A program made the position numbers and the translations under genes. DNA of 64,000 nucleotides, taken from assembly GCF_006345805.1 (NCBI RefSeq), contig NC_042997.1, forward strand, positions 73,036,001 through 73,100,000, written 5' to 3'. Every line of letters starts with the position of its first letter. Position 1 is the stretch's first letter. Positions 12,622 through 24,200 of the stretch are shown in pieces. This DNA comes from Octopus sinensis (lineage: Eukaryota). The notes under the pieces are model-generated. The model was not told where the DNA came from, did not search any database, and worked only from the letters and a program-made list of their open reading frames with translations.

Positions 12622-12853
12622 TAAAACGATTTCTGTTCAATCTGCGTTCAGCTCCATTTCTTCAATTCACCAATAATGTTTTAATTTCAATTATCCGCAC
12701 CAACGCACGGTTGCAACGCCAGATGGTTGTACCTCCACCGTGCTGTTCACTGCTGTGATTTTTGCTACTAAGGTATCGGTTAAACTTTTGATTAATCCAC
12801 TACAAGATTATTCATCTTTCTATTTCACATAATATATATATATATATATATAT

Positions 12854-12897
<44 letters not shown>

Positions 12898-12901
12898 GTA
12901 T

Positions 12902-12939
<38 letters not shown>

Positions 12940-13237
12940 CTGTGGTGTGTGTGTGTGTGTATGTGTCCTTTCATATTTACCTATGTCGCTGTTAATATGC
13001 AATAAAAAGTGTGCACTCGAGCGTGTGTATGATTAACCATTCGGACGCATAAAATGTTGCTTTTGTTTTTGTATGAATAGTGTGTTAGAAGAAACTAGTT
13101 TAGAATGTCTTTGACAGCGTTTATATTTTAGATCCAATGGTATCTACCCGTTTTCCCTACAAAAATCGTGTTCTATTTACTTTTTTATAAATGCACCTGC
13201 TTTTGACTTTAGATATATAGTTATACAAATAGATATA

Positions 13238-13285
<48 letters not shown>

Positions 13286-13405
13286 GGTCCCGGGTTGATT
13301 CGGGGTTAACGACAGTAAATAAGGTACTCATACATAGCAGAGAAGATTTCTCTTGAATGAAACAGTTCTAGTCCTGTAGAAGCTCCTTCTATATAATAAA
13401 ATAAA

Positions 13406-13472
<67 letters not shown>

Positions 13473-14033
13473 CAGAATGAGATAAAAATCCAAGGCTGTG
13501 AAAGATTTCAGAACATTTATAAAGAGGTCTTACAGCTGTTTCCGGGACCTAAATAATACTCGCCTTGCCCTAATTACCCAACGAAAGAAACCAATCTACC
13601 ACTAGCAAACCTCTACCCAGCAAATTTACCAGTGCAAGAACAAAAATTTAATGTAATAATTACCGCTTTGTTTACATTACCGTCACATATGAATCAATTA
13701 TTTTCACATCCTAACCGATGCATCTATCTATATTCGCATTCTGTAGAGATTTACTTAAACCGGTAAATCGAAAGGATCGTAAATGCTACTCTCATCTCTG
13801 CTTCTTCCTTCTTTGTTACCTATTTAATTAAAGACATACCAGCGTAAACCACAAGTTTCCCATTTTAATTTTATCCATTTTCTTCTCCTATATATATAAA
13901 AAATAGTAAAAAGTGAAAAAACTACAGAAGGCTTAAATGTTAAAAAATATATATTTGCGTCAATATGTCTGAAGAATATTAAAAAAATTTTTGAAGAATA
14001 TTAAAAAAAATTCCTCTTATAATGACATAATTT

Positions 14034-14070
14034 AGAAAGACCGGTTTCGCGTTTAGCTTTTCAAATTTCT
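14034..14070 (-). ncRNA. Degenerate minimal hammerhead at the PLE 3' end
   Basis: Minus strand AGAAA-U-UUGAAAA-GC-UAAAC-GC-GAAA-C-CG-GUC-UUUCU, ~110 nt downstream of the ORF stop; core has C3U and G8A. Confidence 0.55.
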
Positions 14071-14180
14071 TGCGACGTTATGTTTATGTGGAACAGGGTT
14101 ATCGTTATGTTTATGTTCAAAAGAGTTCTAAATAAGGGGAGGTAATGAGTGATTTCTTCCGGTGTAAGGGAGATAATCGC

Positions 14181-16103
14181 TTAAACATTTTTTCCTTTCC
14201 CTTGGTGTGAATGGTAAAATGGAAAGATTAAAAATTGTGGTAGTAGTTGCTTTGCGCATTTCTCAATGTGCTCACTAAAAGGTATCATTCTGTATTCTGG
14301 GAATGCAATCTGTTGTCGATGCAGTGTGCATCTACGTCTGAGTGATAGTCCCGTGGATCCCACGTAGTCTTGGTGGCAGCCCGAGCATTTTATGACATAA
14401 ATTATGTTTTCAGAGGCACAAGTAAAGTTAGATTTGATCTTGAATTTCTGTCCCTCTTTAAAGAGGAATTCTGATCCTTCTAGCAGGTTTGGACATGTTG
14501 CACAGTTCGATCTACCACATTTTTTAACTTTTGCATCCGTAATATCAGAAGACAATTTTGCCTTTGTGAGAATCTTTTTAAGTGATTTAGGTTGTTTGTA
14601 GCTTTTAATGATTTGGTTTATGTTTAGAATTTCCTTTAATTTTGGGTCCTTATGAAGTATTGGTAAATTCTGGGTGATGATGGTGAAGGCTTCTTTGTTT
14701 CTGGGGTTGTATGTAGATATGTAAGGTAGTATTTTCGGGGAAGGTGTGTTGTTGTGTTGAACTTTTCTTAAAGTTTCTATGTTGATTTCTGTTGCACGTC
14801 TGATCCCATCCTCTATGAGTTGAGCTGGGTAATGTCTGTCAATTAGGGTGTTTTTGAGTTCTTGCAGTCTAAAGTTCCTGGTATTTTGTTCTGACACTAT
14901 TGTGCATATCCTTCTTGCAAGGTTGAAGGGGATGTTTGTTTTAGTGTGTCTTGGGTGGCATGAATTAAGAAGAAGGTATTGTTTGGCGTCTGTGGCTTTG
15001 TAAAAAATGTCTGTTTCTATTTTAAGGTTAATTTTTTTAATTAGTATATCCAAGAACGGGAGCTCCTTTTGGTTGTATTCCATTGTGAACTGTATATTTG
15101 GGTTTATGCTGTTCAATAGGTTTTTAAATTTTAGGAGTTTATCTGTGTTTTCATTCCAGAGTATAAAACAATCGTCTAAGAATCGTTTCCAATTCTCTTT
15201 TATGTATTGAGAAAGGGGGTTTCCAAAGATTGATAAAGATTCCTGGTAAATGATTATTTCCATGTAGCCCATTGTTAGGTTCGCAATGACTGGTACTGCC
15301 CTTGTACCCATAGCAATTCCGGATTTTTGACGGTAAAATGTATTGTCAAACATGAAGTGGTTATTGTGTAGGATGAATTCAATTGATTTAGTAATGAATT
15401 CTTTACTGATCCTTTTTGGTATTTCTTCCGGAAATTGGTTCAGCCAGAACTGTATTGCCTCTAGTCCATAATTATGAGGTATACTGGTATATAAGTTAAC
15501 CACATCAAATGAAACCAGGATTGTTTCTTCCTTGGCTTTTTTTGGAAGGTGGTTTAACATATCCAAGTCATCTCTGATATGGCTATCGATATGTTTAAGG
15601 AAGGGTTTCAGGAGGATGTCCATAAATAGACTTACTCTGTGTGTTTCACAGGTTGGGCCAGCTACAATGGGTCGTAGTTTTAGGTCCCCCGGGTTAGGTG
15701 TGTGTATGTATGTCTTTGGTGATTTTTTAATGGTTTCATTTATAATTTGACTTTTATGAATTTTTGGCAGACCATAGAAAAGGCTAGGTTTGCATTTAAA
15801 GTTTGTTAGAAAATCAATCTCTTTGGTTGTTAGTTCCTTTTCATGGGTTTTAATTAGTGAAGATAGAGTTTTCATTATTTTTTGTGGGGTGTAGTTGGTA
15901 ATTTTTTCATAATGTAGGTCGTCATCAAGCAAGGAAATTACAAGATTTCTGTAGTATGATGTATCCATTATTACAACTGCATTTCCCTTGTCTGCTTCCT
16001 TAATGGTTATATCCTCATCATTTTGAAGTTCTATCAGTTCTTTCCATTGTGTGGTGTTAAAATTTGAGATGGCAGTGATAGATGTATTAACGAGGTATAT
16101 GTA
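14181..16103 (-). CDS. PLE RT-GIY-YIG polyprotein (open ~640 codons, no native start; extreme C-terminus probably frameshifted)
   Basis: IKEADKGNAVVIM (in frame upstream of the listed ATG at 15968), FYGLPKIHK, LRPIV, SFDVVNLYTSIPH, GIAMGT, WKRFLDDCF, ELPFLD, KCGRSNCATC, IIYVIKC..C..YVGST, H..HIEKC. Confidence 0.9.
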   Translation of the reverse strand, partial: YIYLVNTSITAISNFNTTQWKELIELQNDEDITIKEADKGNAVVIMDTSYYRNLVISLLDDDLHYEKITNYTPQKIMKTLSSLIKTHEKELTTKEIDFLTNFKCKPSLFYGLPKIHKSQIINETIKKSPKTYIHTPNPGDLKLRPIVAGPTCETHRVSLFMDILLKPFLKHIDSHIRDDLDMLNHLPKKAKEETILVSFDVVNLYTSIPHNYGLEAIQFWLNQFPEEIPKRISKEFITKSIEFILHNNHFMFDNTFYRQKSGIAMGTRAVPVIANLTMGYMEIIIYQESLSIFGNPLSQYIKENWKRFLDDCFILWNENTDKLLKFKNLLNSINPNIQFTMEYNQKELPFLDILIKKINLKIETDIFYKATDAKQYLLLNSCHPRHTKTNIPFNLARRICTIVSEQNTRNFRLQELKNTLIDRHYPAQLIEDGIRRATEINIETLRKVQHNNTPSPKILPYISTYNPRNKEAFTIITQNLPILHKDPKLKEILNINQIIKSYKQPKSLKKILTKAKLSSDITDAKVKKCGRSNCATCPNLLEGSEFLFKEGQKFKIKSNFTCASENIIYVIKCSGCHQDYVGSTGLSLRRRCTLHRQQIAFPEYRMIPFSEHIEKCAKQLLPQFLIFPFYHSHQGKGKNV

Positions 16104-16188
16104 TTAATGAGTTAATGGCACACACTCCCATATCTATCTATCTATCTGTCTATCTATCTATCTCTCTCTCTCTCTCTCTCTCTATATC

Positions 16189-16263
<75 letters not shown>

Positions 16264-16264
<1 letters not shown>

Positions 16265-16816
16265 CTTGTCCCATTTTGTATTTTTATATATATTTTCTAT
16301 ACATAAATTATTGCGGCGTAACGTATACCATGTTCTCTTATATGTATGTAAGCATTCCACTAAACTTTGTACAACTTCTTACACACTTTCTCTGTACTTC
16401 ACTTGTCTCTGTCTTTCTCTTTTCTCGCCTCTTTGATTCTTTGGTCTCCTCTTCCCCCACTCTCTCACATTTCTCTGCCTTTCTCACTTTGCACCTCACT
16501 GACCCTGCCTTTTGTCCCGCCAATCCTTGGCACGCTCTCTTTCTTCTCCCTTCCTTAATTCCTTCTTTCTCTCTCTTCTCCCCCTCCTTGGTGCCCTTGT
16601 CCCTCTTTTTCTCTCTCTTCTCCCTCTCTTTGATTCCTTTGCCCCTTTTCTCTCTCTCTTCTCTTTTCACGTGACAGCCAGGCAACTATAGCCTTTCGGC
16701 TTCCGACCAGCGCCAGGACAACATCGATTTCTTCGTCTGCCGTAAGGCATTATCTTTCAAATACGCCAAGCTAAGTTGAACTGTCTAAAGTCGAACGACG
16801 CCTGTTGTTTTTGTCC

Positions 16817-16895
<79 letters not shown>

Positions 16896-17209
16896 TTTAT
16901 TATTGTTTTTTGTATTTATATTCGTATTACTTTTTGTTTTTTGTATTTATATTCGTGTGTTATCGTCCGTTTTTCTGTCCTTGTTTCGTATACATTCGAT
17001 CCTTTTTCCAAGAAATCTAATGCTGGTAGCTTAGTTTTTCCTTAGGGCTGGCCGGATCGGAGCGATCTCAAGATTAATCAGCCGAAATTGCGAGGATGAT
17101 CCGGTTCTTGACTAAAGATTAGAGGCTTCGAATGACCCGTCCGTTTTTTGGGTCGTCTATTTGAATGTTTTGCGTTCTTGTCCCATTTTGTATTTTTATA
17201 TATATTTTC

Positions 17210-17212
<3 letters not shown>
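16264..17212 (+). repeat. ~950-bp non-coding unit bounded by identical 37-bp direct repeats; candidate non-autonomous PLE derivative
   Basis: tcttgtcccattttgtatttttatatatattttctat at 16264-16300 and 17176-17212; the 3' half is homologous to 2730-3215; internal (ATT)n at ~16818-16895. Confidence 0.7.
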
Positions 17213-17264
<52 letters not shown>

Positions 17265-17529
17265 AATATAAATCTACAGTGAGAAATGTAACAGAATGTT
17301 AGTAAATGGCGGTTGAATGTGGTAAGGTGTTGGGGAGGCAACAGAGGACTATTGCTGTCACACCTGGGACGGTGCTGTTATGCATATAGGCATCCTGGGC
17401 TTCACCCAGAGAAGGACCACCCAACTAAATAAGATTCAATTACTCCTCTCTCCACGCGTCTCTGCACTAACCATTTTATCCAGTCCTTTCTCAGTATAAT
17501 GGACGGTGCGAAGCCTCAGCAGAAGCTAA

Positions 17530-17796
17530 AGTTAAAAACAAATCATCAGGTTTTGGGTTGCAAAAGGGCATTTCTTACTGCTGCCCTGCAATGCGACACA
17601 AAGTCAAGATGCACTTTTGTTGTCTTCCCAACATCATATTCAGCAGAGAGGGGCTTCAGTACAGTTGCCCAGCTTCTTTCTAAGTAAGGAAACAAGCTGG
17701 AAAGTTATTGAATGCGCAGCTCCAAGACTACTTAGTATCTTACAGTCTGATGTAAAGGAGCTGATATCCCAGCACCAAGTACATCAATCTCATTAA
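17530..17796 (+). mobile_element. hAT (Buster/Charlie-like) transposase C-terminal dimerisation-domain remnant
   Basis: FPTSYSAERGFSTVAQLLSK* followed by ...LQSDVKELISQHQVHQSH* (cf. FPSSYLVERGFS...HQAHPSH). Confidence 0.8.
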
Positions 17797-19339
17797 AATA
17801 ATTAAAACATAATTACAGGTAAATAAAGTGTTTACTAGCTTAAGTTTTATTTGTAAAATATAGTTGTTTTGAATTTGCAACAGAAAAGCGGTCTGTTTGT
17901 GGTGAAGTTGTGTGAGGAGGTGCTAGGAATGTGATCTGGAAACTACTGCTTTAGGTGGTGCCTCAACATAGCTGCTGTGCAATAAGTTCAAGAAATAAAA
18001 AAAGGTAAACACGGCTTAAAGCGATGTTGGTTTTCAAATGCTCGTAATGCATTTTATCAAAATTAATAGAAAATTAAAGTATATGCTTTTGCTATTTAGG
18101 AAAAATGAATCCTGCTATTCTAAAACTCAAATGCCCTTTAATATTTTTTATGTCTCAAGGCTGGATTTAAATTAATACTTAAGAGCTCCTATTTTCTAAC
18201 AAAATATGCCTTGTGAGTTAGTCGAAAATTGCTTTTCAGCAGACAATTAAGATTAGGTATGCGCAGCACTACAGTAAGCTACAGAAAGTAATTCTAAATT
18301 TGTGTTCCGGTTCAGGTTTTTCTTTATAAGTTTCGTTGCTAATAATTTCGAAAAGACATAAATCACACGGTGTAATAAATTTGAAGCCTGTTGTCAGTGT
18401 TAAACATCAATATTATATGAACAGAAGTTCTGAAATCTAACATTAATGCAGGTGTTGTATAGTTTTAATATACATTCTTTAGCTTATAACAGTTTTATAA
18501 AATATATAATGGAGTTAAGTAACCTTATTGAATCGATTGCACGCACTTCTCATTCACTGTGTCGAGTAACATTAAGTAATATTAACAGTCTCAATACACT
18601 CTAAGCTAACGACAGCTGGAATCAAAGAAAGGTCTGCCTGGGGAAAATCAGTCTTGTAGATTAGCAGAATCATAGGAATGTCTAACAAATGTCTCCGGTA
18701 TTTACTTACAGCCTGTCAACGTTTTGATTTAAATACCACCGAAATTAATTTTGCATTTCCTTTTTTCGGGATCAATAAAATAAAGTATCAGTCAGGAACT
18801 GAGGCCTATTCCTATTATGTATCCGAAATCTGAAAAGAATTACAATGGAAGACAAATCAATTTGTGAGCTGAATATCAGCATATCCAAGAGCTGAGTTGT
18901 TTCATATTTCTAGAATGTGAAATAAGAACTGGAGTCATAAAAAAAAAAAAGCAGTATGTAATTTTATAACTACTAGTGGGACCCGGGAAAATTCCATGGA
19001 ATGGAAAAAATTAAAAGGGCTTATTTAAGGAAGAAAGGATGATTTGCATTTTTTATAGCATTCATAGTTTAACTTTCTTTAAATAGCCATGACATTCGTC
19101 TACACACAGTTCCTCACGTCTCCGTCGGTGTTATCTTTTTTTTTTATTATAGTTTGTCGCTGTTCCTCTCTGATCCGTGCCCTATATCTGAGCATTCTTT
19201 CTCGGGCAGCTTATAGACAAATATCAATCTTTTAAGTGAGCCGACGATAAATAATTGCGCTTAAGCATATGCGATGTCCGCTATAAAAAAAAATATCAAT
19301 ACACCACCAACATCAGCATCACCACCACTATCTGTCTGT

Positions 19340-19342
<3 letters not shown>

Positions 19343-19395
<53 letters not shown>
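19343..19395. repeat. (TC)n microsatellite directly 5' of the Tx1-like LINE
   Basis: Directly visible. Confidence 0.95.
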
Positions 19396-19418
<23 letters not shown>

Positions 19419-19576
19419 CGGTCGTGTTATTCTTTGCTCCGCACTGAAAGATTGTTTTTGTGCTGAAAAGTTTGAAAATTTGCTGTTTTGGTCGTCGAGG
19501 CCACTTCTTTTCTGCTGTTGCAGCAGAGCTTTGCTGTTCTTTCCCCCTTGTTTCAAGGGGGAAGTGACGAAAAGAC

Positions 19577-21193
19577 ATGAATTTGCAACCAGTCTCCTCC
19601 GAGTCGGAGGAAAACGTTGAAAATTTGTTTGAAGGCATGAAGGCGAAAATGCGGGAGGAGGAAGGTAGAAGTAAAGAGACGTCTCACGCGAGCGTCACAA
19701 AAGCAGACGACAATATGTCTGGCGAAGTTAGTAAACGACAAGAAAAGGCAAAAATAAATTTTGCGAGTGCAGCAACTCGTCCCTGTGAAAATATAGTCAT
19801 CAACAAGGAAGAATTAAAGAAATACCAAGGACTACTAAAAAAAGAAGGTGATAATGTGAAGTTGTTCCCTCCCAGTGAATTGATTTACGCGACGGAGAGA
19901 AAAACTGTCATATACAAGACGTATAATGTCAAAAATAAGAAAATTGACTTCGTACAGAGAGAAGCCATTGAAAAATGTTTGAGGCCGATATGGCAACAAA
20001 CTACATTTATAACAAGGGGTAGTCGCTTCGGCACGGTAGAGGTGCGTTTCCCTAGCGAAGAAATAGCTAGGGAACATTCAACAGGAACGTTGAAGTCGGA
20101 AGAGGTAGTTCTTTTACCATTTTATTTAGGAATGAGAACTAGTAGAATAACGGTTACGGACATTCCGCCCGAAATCGAGGTGGATTTTATAACAGCAGCG
20201 ATTCTCTTAGGCAAAGAGGAAGAAATTGCCATTCTTCAGTCTAAAAGATATCGCCCCACAACCTGGTATGGACAGGACTTAGAGCTTGTGATCCAAGCGA
20301 ACCCCTCGGACTTGGAAAAATTGCCAAGCTCCCTCACCATTGGAGATACCACCTTGATGGTAATAGTCGAGGGAAGAAAACCGAGATGCTATAAATGTGG
20401 CGAGAAAGGCCACATACGGTCGAGCTGCAAGAAGACAGCGAAAGAAAATACTACAGAGGCAAGCACGACGCCGAAAACAACTTCACCGCTAGAAATAGCA
20501 GCCACGTCGCGCACCCCAATTGCCGAAATTCAGCCGACAACGGGAGAAAACAACGACAACAACGATGACAACAACATCAACAACATCCAGGAGTGGGTCA
20601 ACGTGGAAGCTTAAAAAAGAAGACGGAAACGGAAAAATCCACCCTCTTTGGATACACAGGACTATACTCTGACACAGACAAGCACACCCACACCCACAAA
20701 TACAGTCGCAAACACACACGTAGCCAAAAAAACACACACACTGGAAAAAGCACACACAAACACTCACACACCTACCACAAGCACGCACACACCTACAAAC
20801 ACCCACGCTTCTACAAGCACACACACACCCACAAACACACACACACAGCCCCCTCCACAATCACCTAACAAAAAAAAAAGAAACACCTTCACGGCGATAA
20901 ATAAAAACAATAACCCATTAAGGGAAAAAATTAATTTACTGAAATCGGCGAAAAAATATATCGCAACAGATATAAATAGTATTATATCCGAAAATGTAGA
21001 ATTTTATACGATAGATAACGAGGATTATTTTGAAATTAAAAAATCTTTTGCGGAGGACGTAGGCCCGTTACAGATGAACTTTTCAAGCCATCTGTACAAG
21101 CAATTCGCAAAAAAACTGACCTCGCAAAACACAACACTCACAGACAGAAAAGATGAGGGTGAAACTACACCCTCTCTTCTGTTAAAACAGTAA
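19577..21193 (+). pseudogene. Tx1-like ORF1 (gag-like, CCHC knuckle) with one in-frame stop at 20612-20614
   Basis: CYKCGEKGHIRSSC; ORFs 19577..20614 and 20648..21193 are in the same frame, joined by TAA-KRRRKRKNPP. Confidence 0.8.
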
Positions 21194-21212
21194 GTTTTAA
21201 ACATTCAACTAA

Positions 21213-24200
21213 ATTTTCACATTCTCGTTTAAACTCGGTTGTATAAATATTCGCGGCCTGGGGTCGTATTGGAAGCAAGGCTACCTCCTTAACGACCTTA
21301 GGTCGCATCGTTTGGATGTAGTGGTAATTACCGAATCCAGACTGAGTGGGCTGCAGGCTTTTTCGCCCCTTCTAAACGGCTACGAGAAATACATTTCTCC
21401 CTGTCGACCTGGAGGGGGAGGAGGAGTGGCAGTGCTGGTCAGGAAAAACCTGGATTTAGAGATTAGAACTGTCTTTATAGATCCGGAAGGCAGGTTGGTC
21501 GTTTTGGATGTGACGCACAGCAGTGGTAAAGTGTTCAGACTGGTCGCTGTCTATGCTCCCTGCGAAGGAAAAGCCGGGCAGAAAGAGTATTTCAAAAGCC
21601 TAGAGAATTTTCTTGGCACGTCGAACACGTTAGTATTGCTTGGTGACTTCAACATAATTTGCGATGCAAGCGTAGATTATGTTGGCTCAAGAAAGAATAC
21701 GAGGGGATTACCTCACCTCAACGATATGCTAAGTCGTTTCGAATTGGCAGATAGATTCAGACTGGACCATCCAGACATTCCAGAGTGGACCTGGGCAAGA
21801 AACGACGGGTCGTCCAGATCTTATATCGATAGAATCATAACTAGAAGGAAAGATAAGAAAATACTTAGCTGTCCACAACACCATATCGTCAGCTACAGCG
21901 ATCACAAATTAGTGACCTGTACGCTCGACATAGATAGCATGTGTAGACGAGGTACCGGCTACTGGAAGCTAAACAAGTCACTATTGGACTGTGAAGCCTA
22001 CAGGAATCGGATTAAACAATTAGTAATGAGGGCGTTAACCGGATCCATTATCAACAATAAATGGTGGTACGCCCTGAAAAGAGCCATCAAATTTGAGTCA
22101 ATTAGGTTTAGCAAAGAACTAGCTAGTGCTAGAAACAAAGTAGAAAAGGAACTAGTTAAGGCTATAGAGGAGGCAATGAGGTCAGGCTGTGCATCGAAAG
22201 TGTTAGCGGCGAGGTTAGCACTAGACCAACATCTCCAAGCTAAACATGAAGGGTGCATTATTAGGGCTAAGATCCGTGCAATGAGACAGGAAGGGATCAA
22301 CGCAGCCGGATGGGCCCGGGTGGTAGAGGGCCAGCGTGGCAACAACTCAACCATTCGATCCTTGACGGGCCCAAATGGTCGATTAGTAAACGAACCCGAG
22401 GAGATGTGCAAGGTGTTTCATGATCATTTCGCCCAGCTATTCGGGAGGAGCGGCGAGCTGGAGCGGGGGAGAAGCTCGCAGACTTCCTAGCCGGTTCGCC
22501 GCGTCTATCGGGGCCGGACGCGGAATCTTGTGAAGCGCCGATCACAGCCAAAGAAGTCGAGGATATGTTGGCAGAATGCGGCGGGGACAAATCGCCGGGA
22601 CTCGATGGTCTGCCTTACGAACTCTATAGTAGCATGCCAGACTTGTTTGGGCACCTACTTGCATGCGTGTACACCAACTGGCAGCAGAACGGGAGAATTC
22701 CTAAGTCTGTGAGCCGAGGGGTGGTAGCGTTGTTAAGAAAGGACCCAAACAAGGGGGATTTAATTGATAATTTCCGGCCTATCACTCTGCTTAACGCAGA
22801 GTTGAAGATCTTGGCCAAGGTCTTAGCAAAAAGGTTGGCGAGGGTCGTGGGTGAACTTGTTGGCGAGGCGCAAACTTGCGCCATCCCTGGAAGGACCATC
22901 CACGACAATCTCCACTTTCTACGCTATGCCTTAGAAAGGGTAAATAGGATTCCTGGCAAGGGTGGGGCTATGGTCCACTTGGACCAATCGAAAGCGTTTG
23001 ATAGGGTGGACCATCAGTATCTGGCGGCGGTCCTCGCGGCGGCTGGCTTCGGCCCGACCTTCCGCGGATGGATCATCGCTTTATACAGCAACATCGAATC
23101 GGTGTAGTTCGGGTAAATGGTTTCCTTTCGGAGCCGTTCAGCATTGAACGTTCGGTACGTCAAGGGTGTCCTCTCTCCCCGCTTCTACGTTTTGGCCCTC
23201 GAGCCGTTGCTGAGGAGGTTGGAAACTATGAGAGGCACCCCGCAAGATCTAGGGTGCGGAAAGTCAGCTTCGGCGTATGCGGACGACATCACGGTCATCG
23301 TTTCCCGAGTCGAGCACCTACAGTGGGTGGGTGAGGCCTTAAGGGACTACGAAGCGGTGGCAGGAGCGAAAGTCAACCGGGATAAATCGGTCGGCTTGCA
23401 ACTCGGCACCTGGAGGGGCAAGTCGATGTCTTCCGACAGCGTCGTAGGACGTTGGACGGAAGGACCGGTGAAAATGCTTGGGATCTGGTTAGGTCCAGAT
23501 CTCCAGATAGAGAAGAATTGGAGCGAGGTGGCGAGAAAGGTGGCTCTCCTAATTCAGACATGGTCTGAACGGAATCTGTCCTTGAAAGGGAAGGCGGAGG
23601 TTGCAGAAGTGTTTATCGCCTCTGTAATCACTTACCGCCTAACCGTAGTGCCTTGCCCCGATTCGTGGCTGAACAAACTGGAACGCATGCTCTTTCGCTT
23701 TTTGTGGAGGGGCAGCAGACCTCTTGTAAGGCGCTCTATTTGCTGCCAAAAGCCGCTGAACGGTGGGTTAGGGATGCCGTGGCTAAAAATGCGCAGACAT
23801 GCGCTCAGGCTTAGGCACCTCTGGATTTACCTGGACGGTGAGCAGGTGTGGTCTCCGTTTGTCAAGCTGTTATTTCCACAGTTCACATCGTTTAACGAAC
23901 TGAACCCATGGATCAAGTGTAGACCGAGGTTAGGCATGTGGCATGCAGAGTGCTATCAGGCACTCGTGCTTCTCTCCCAGTCGGGCAACGCCGGTGGCGG
24001 GGCTACTACCGCGTTCTTCTATAGAGGGTTAGTAGAGTTTAAGTGTGACGACGTCCTAGGAGAAACTCTGGGCTTCGACGAAAATCAACTGGCCAGCCTG
24101 TTCCAAAGAACATTCGGTCCGGGGCCTATGGATAATTACCAAAAAAGTCCCTGGCCTGGCAATGTTACAGAGGAGCTTTACCGGTTCGAGATAAGCTCTT

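Larger units (their letters stand above)
12221..12670. repeat. Near-perfect 450-bp palindrome (arms ~225 bp, 1-nt loop at 12446)
   Basis: Base-by-base comparison: arms differ by one substitution (12425 a vs c) and one homopolymer indel (A6 vs T5). Confidence 0.97.
14030..16103 (-). mobile_element. Penelope-like retroelement, 5'-truncated, RT + GIY-YIG endonuclease
   Basis: See CDS; 3' hammerhead remnant; 5' end abuts a microsatellite at ~16130. Confidence 0.93.

Noticed and set aside
14404-15750. Plus-strand ORFs inside the PLE (similar antisense ORFs occur in the Tx1 and Dong elements)
   Set aside because: Antisense shadows of TE coding sequence.
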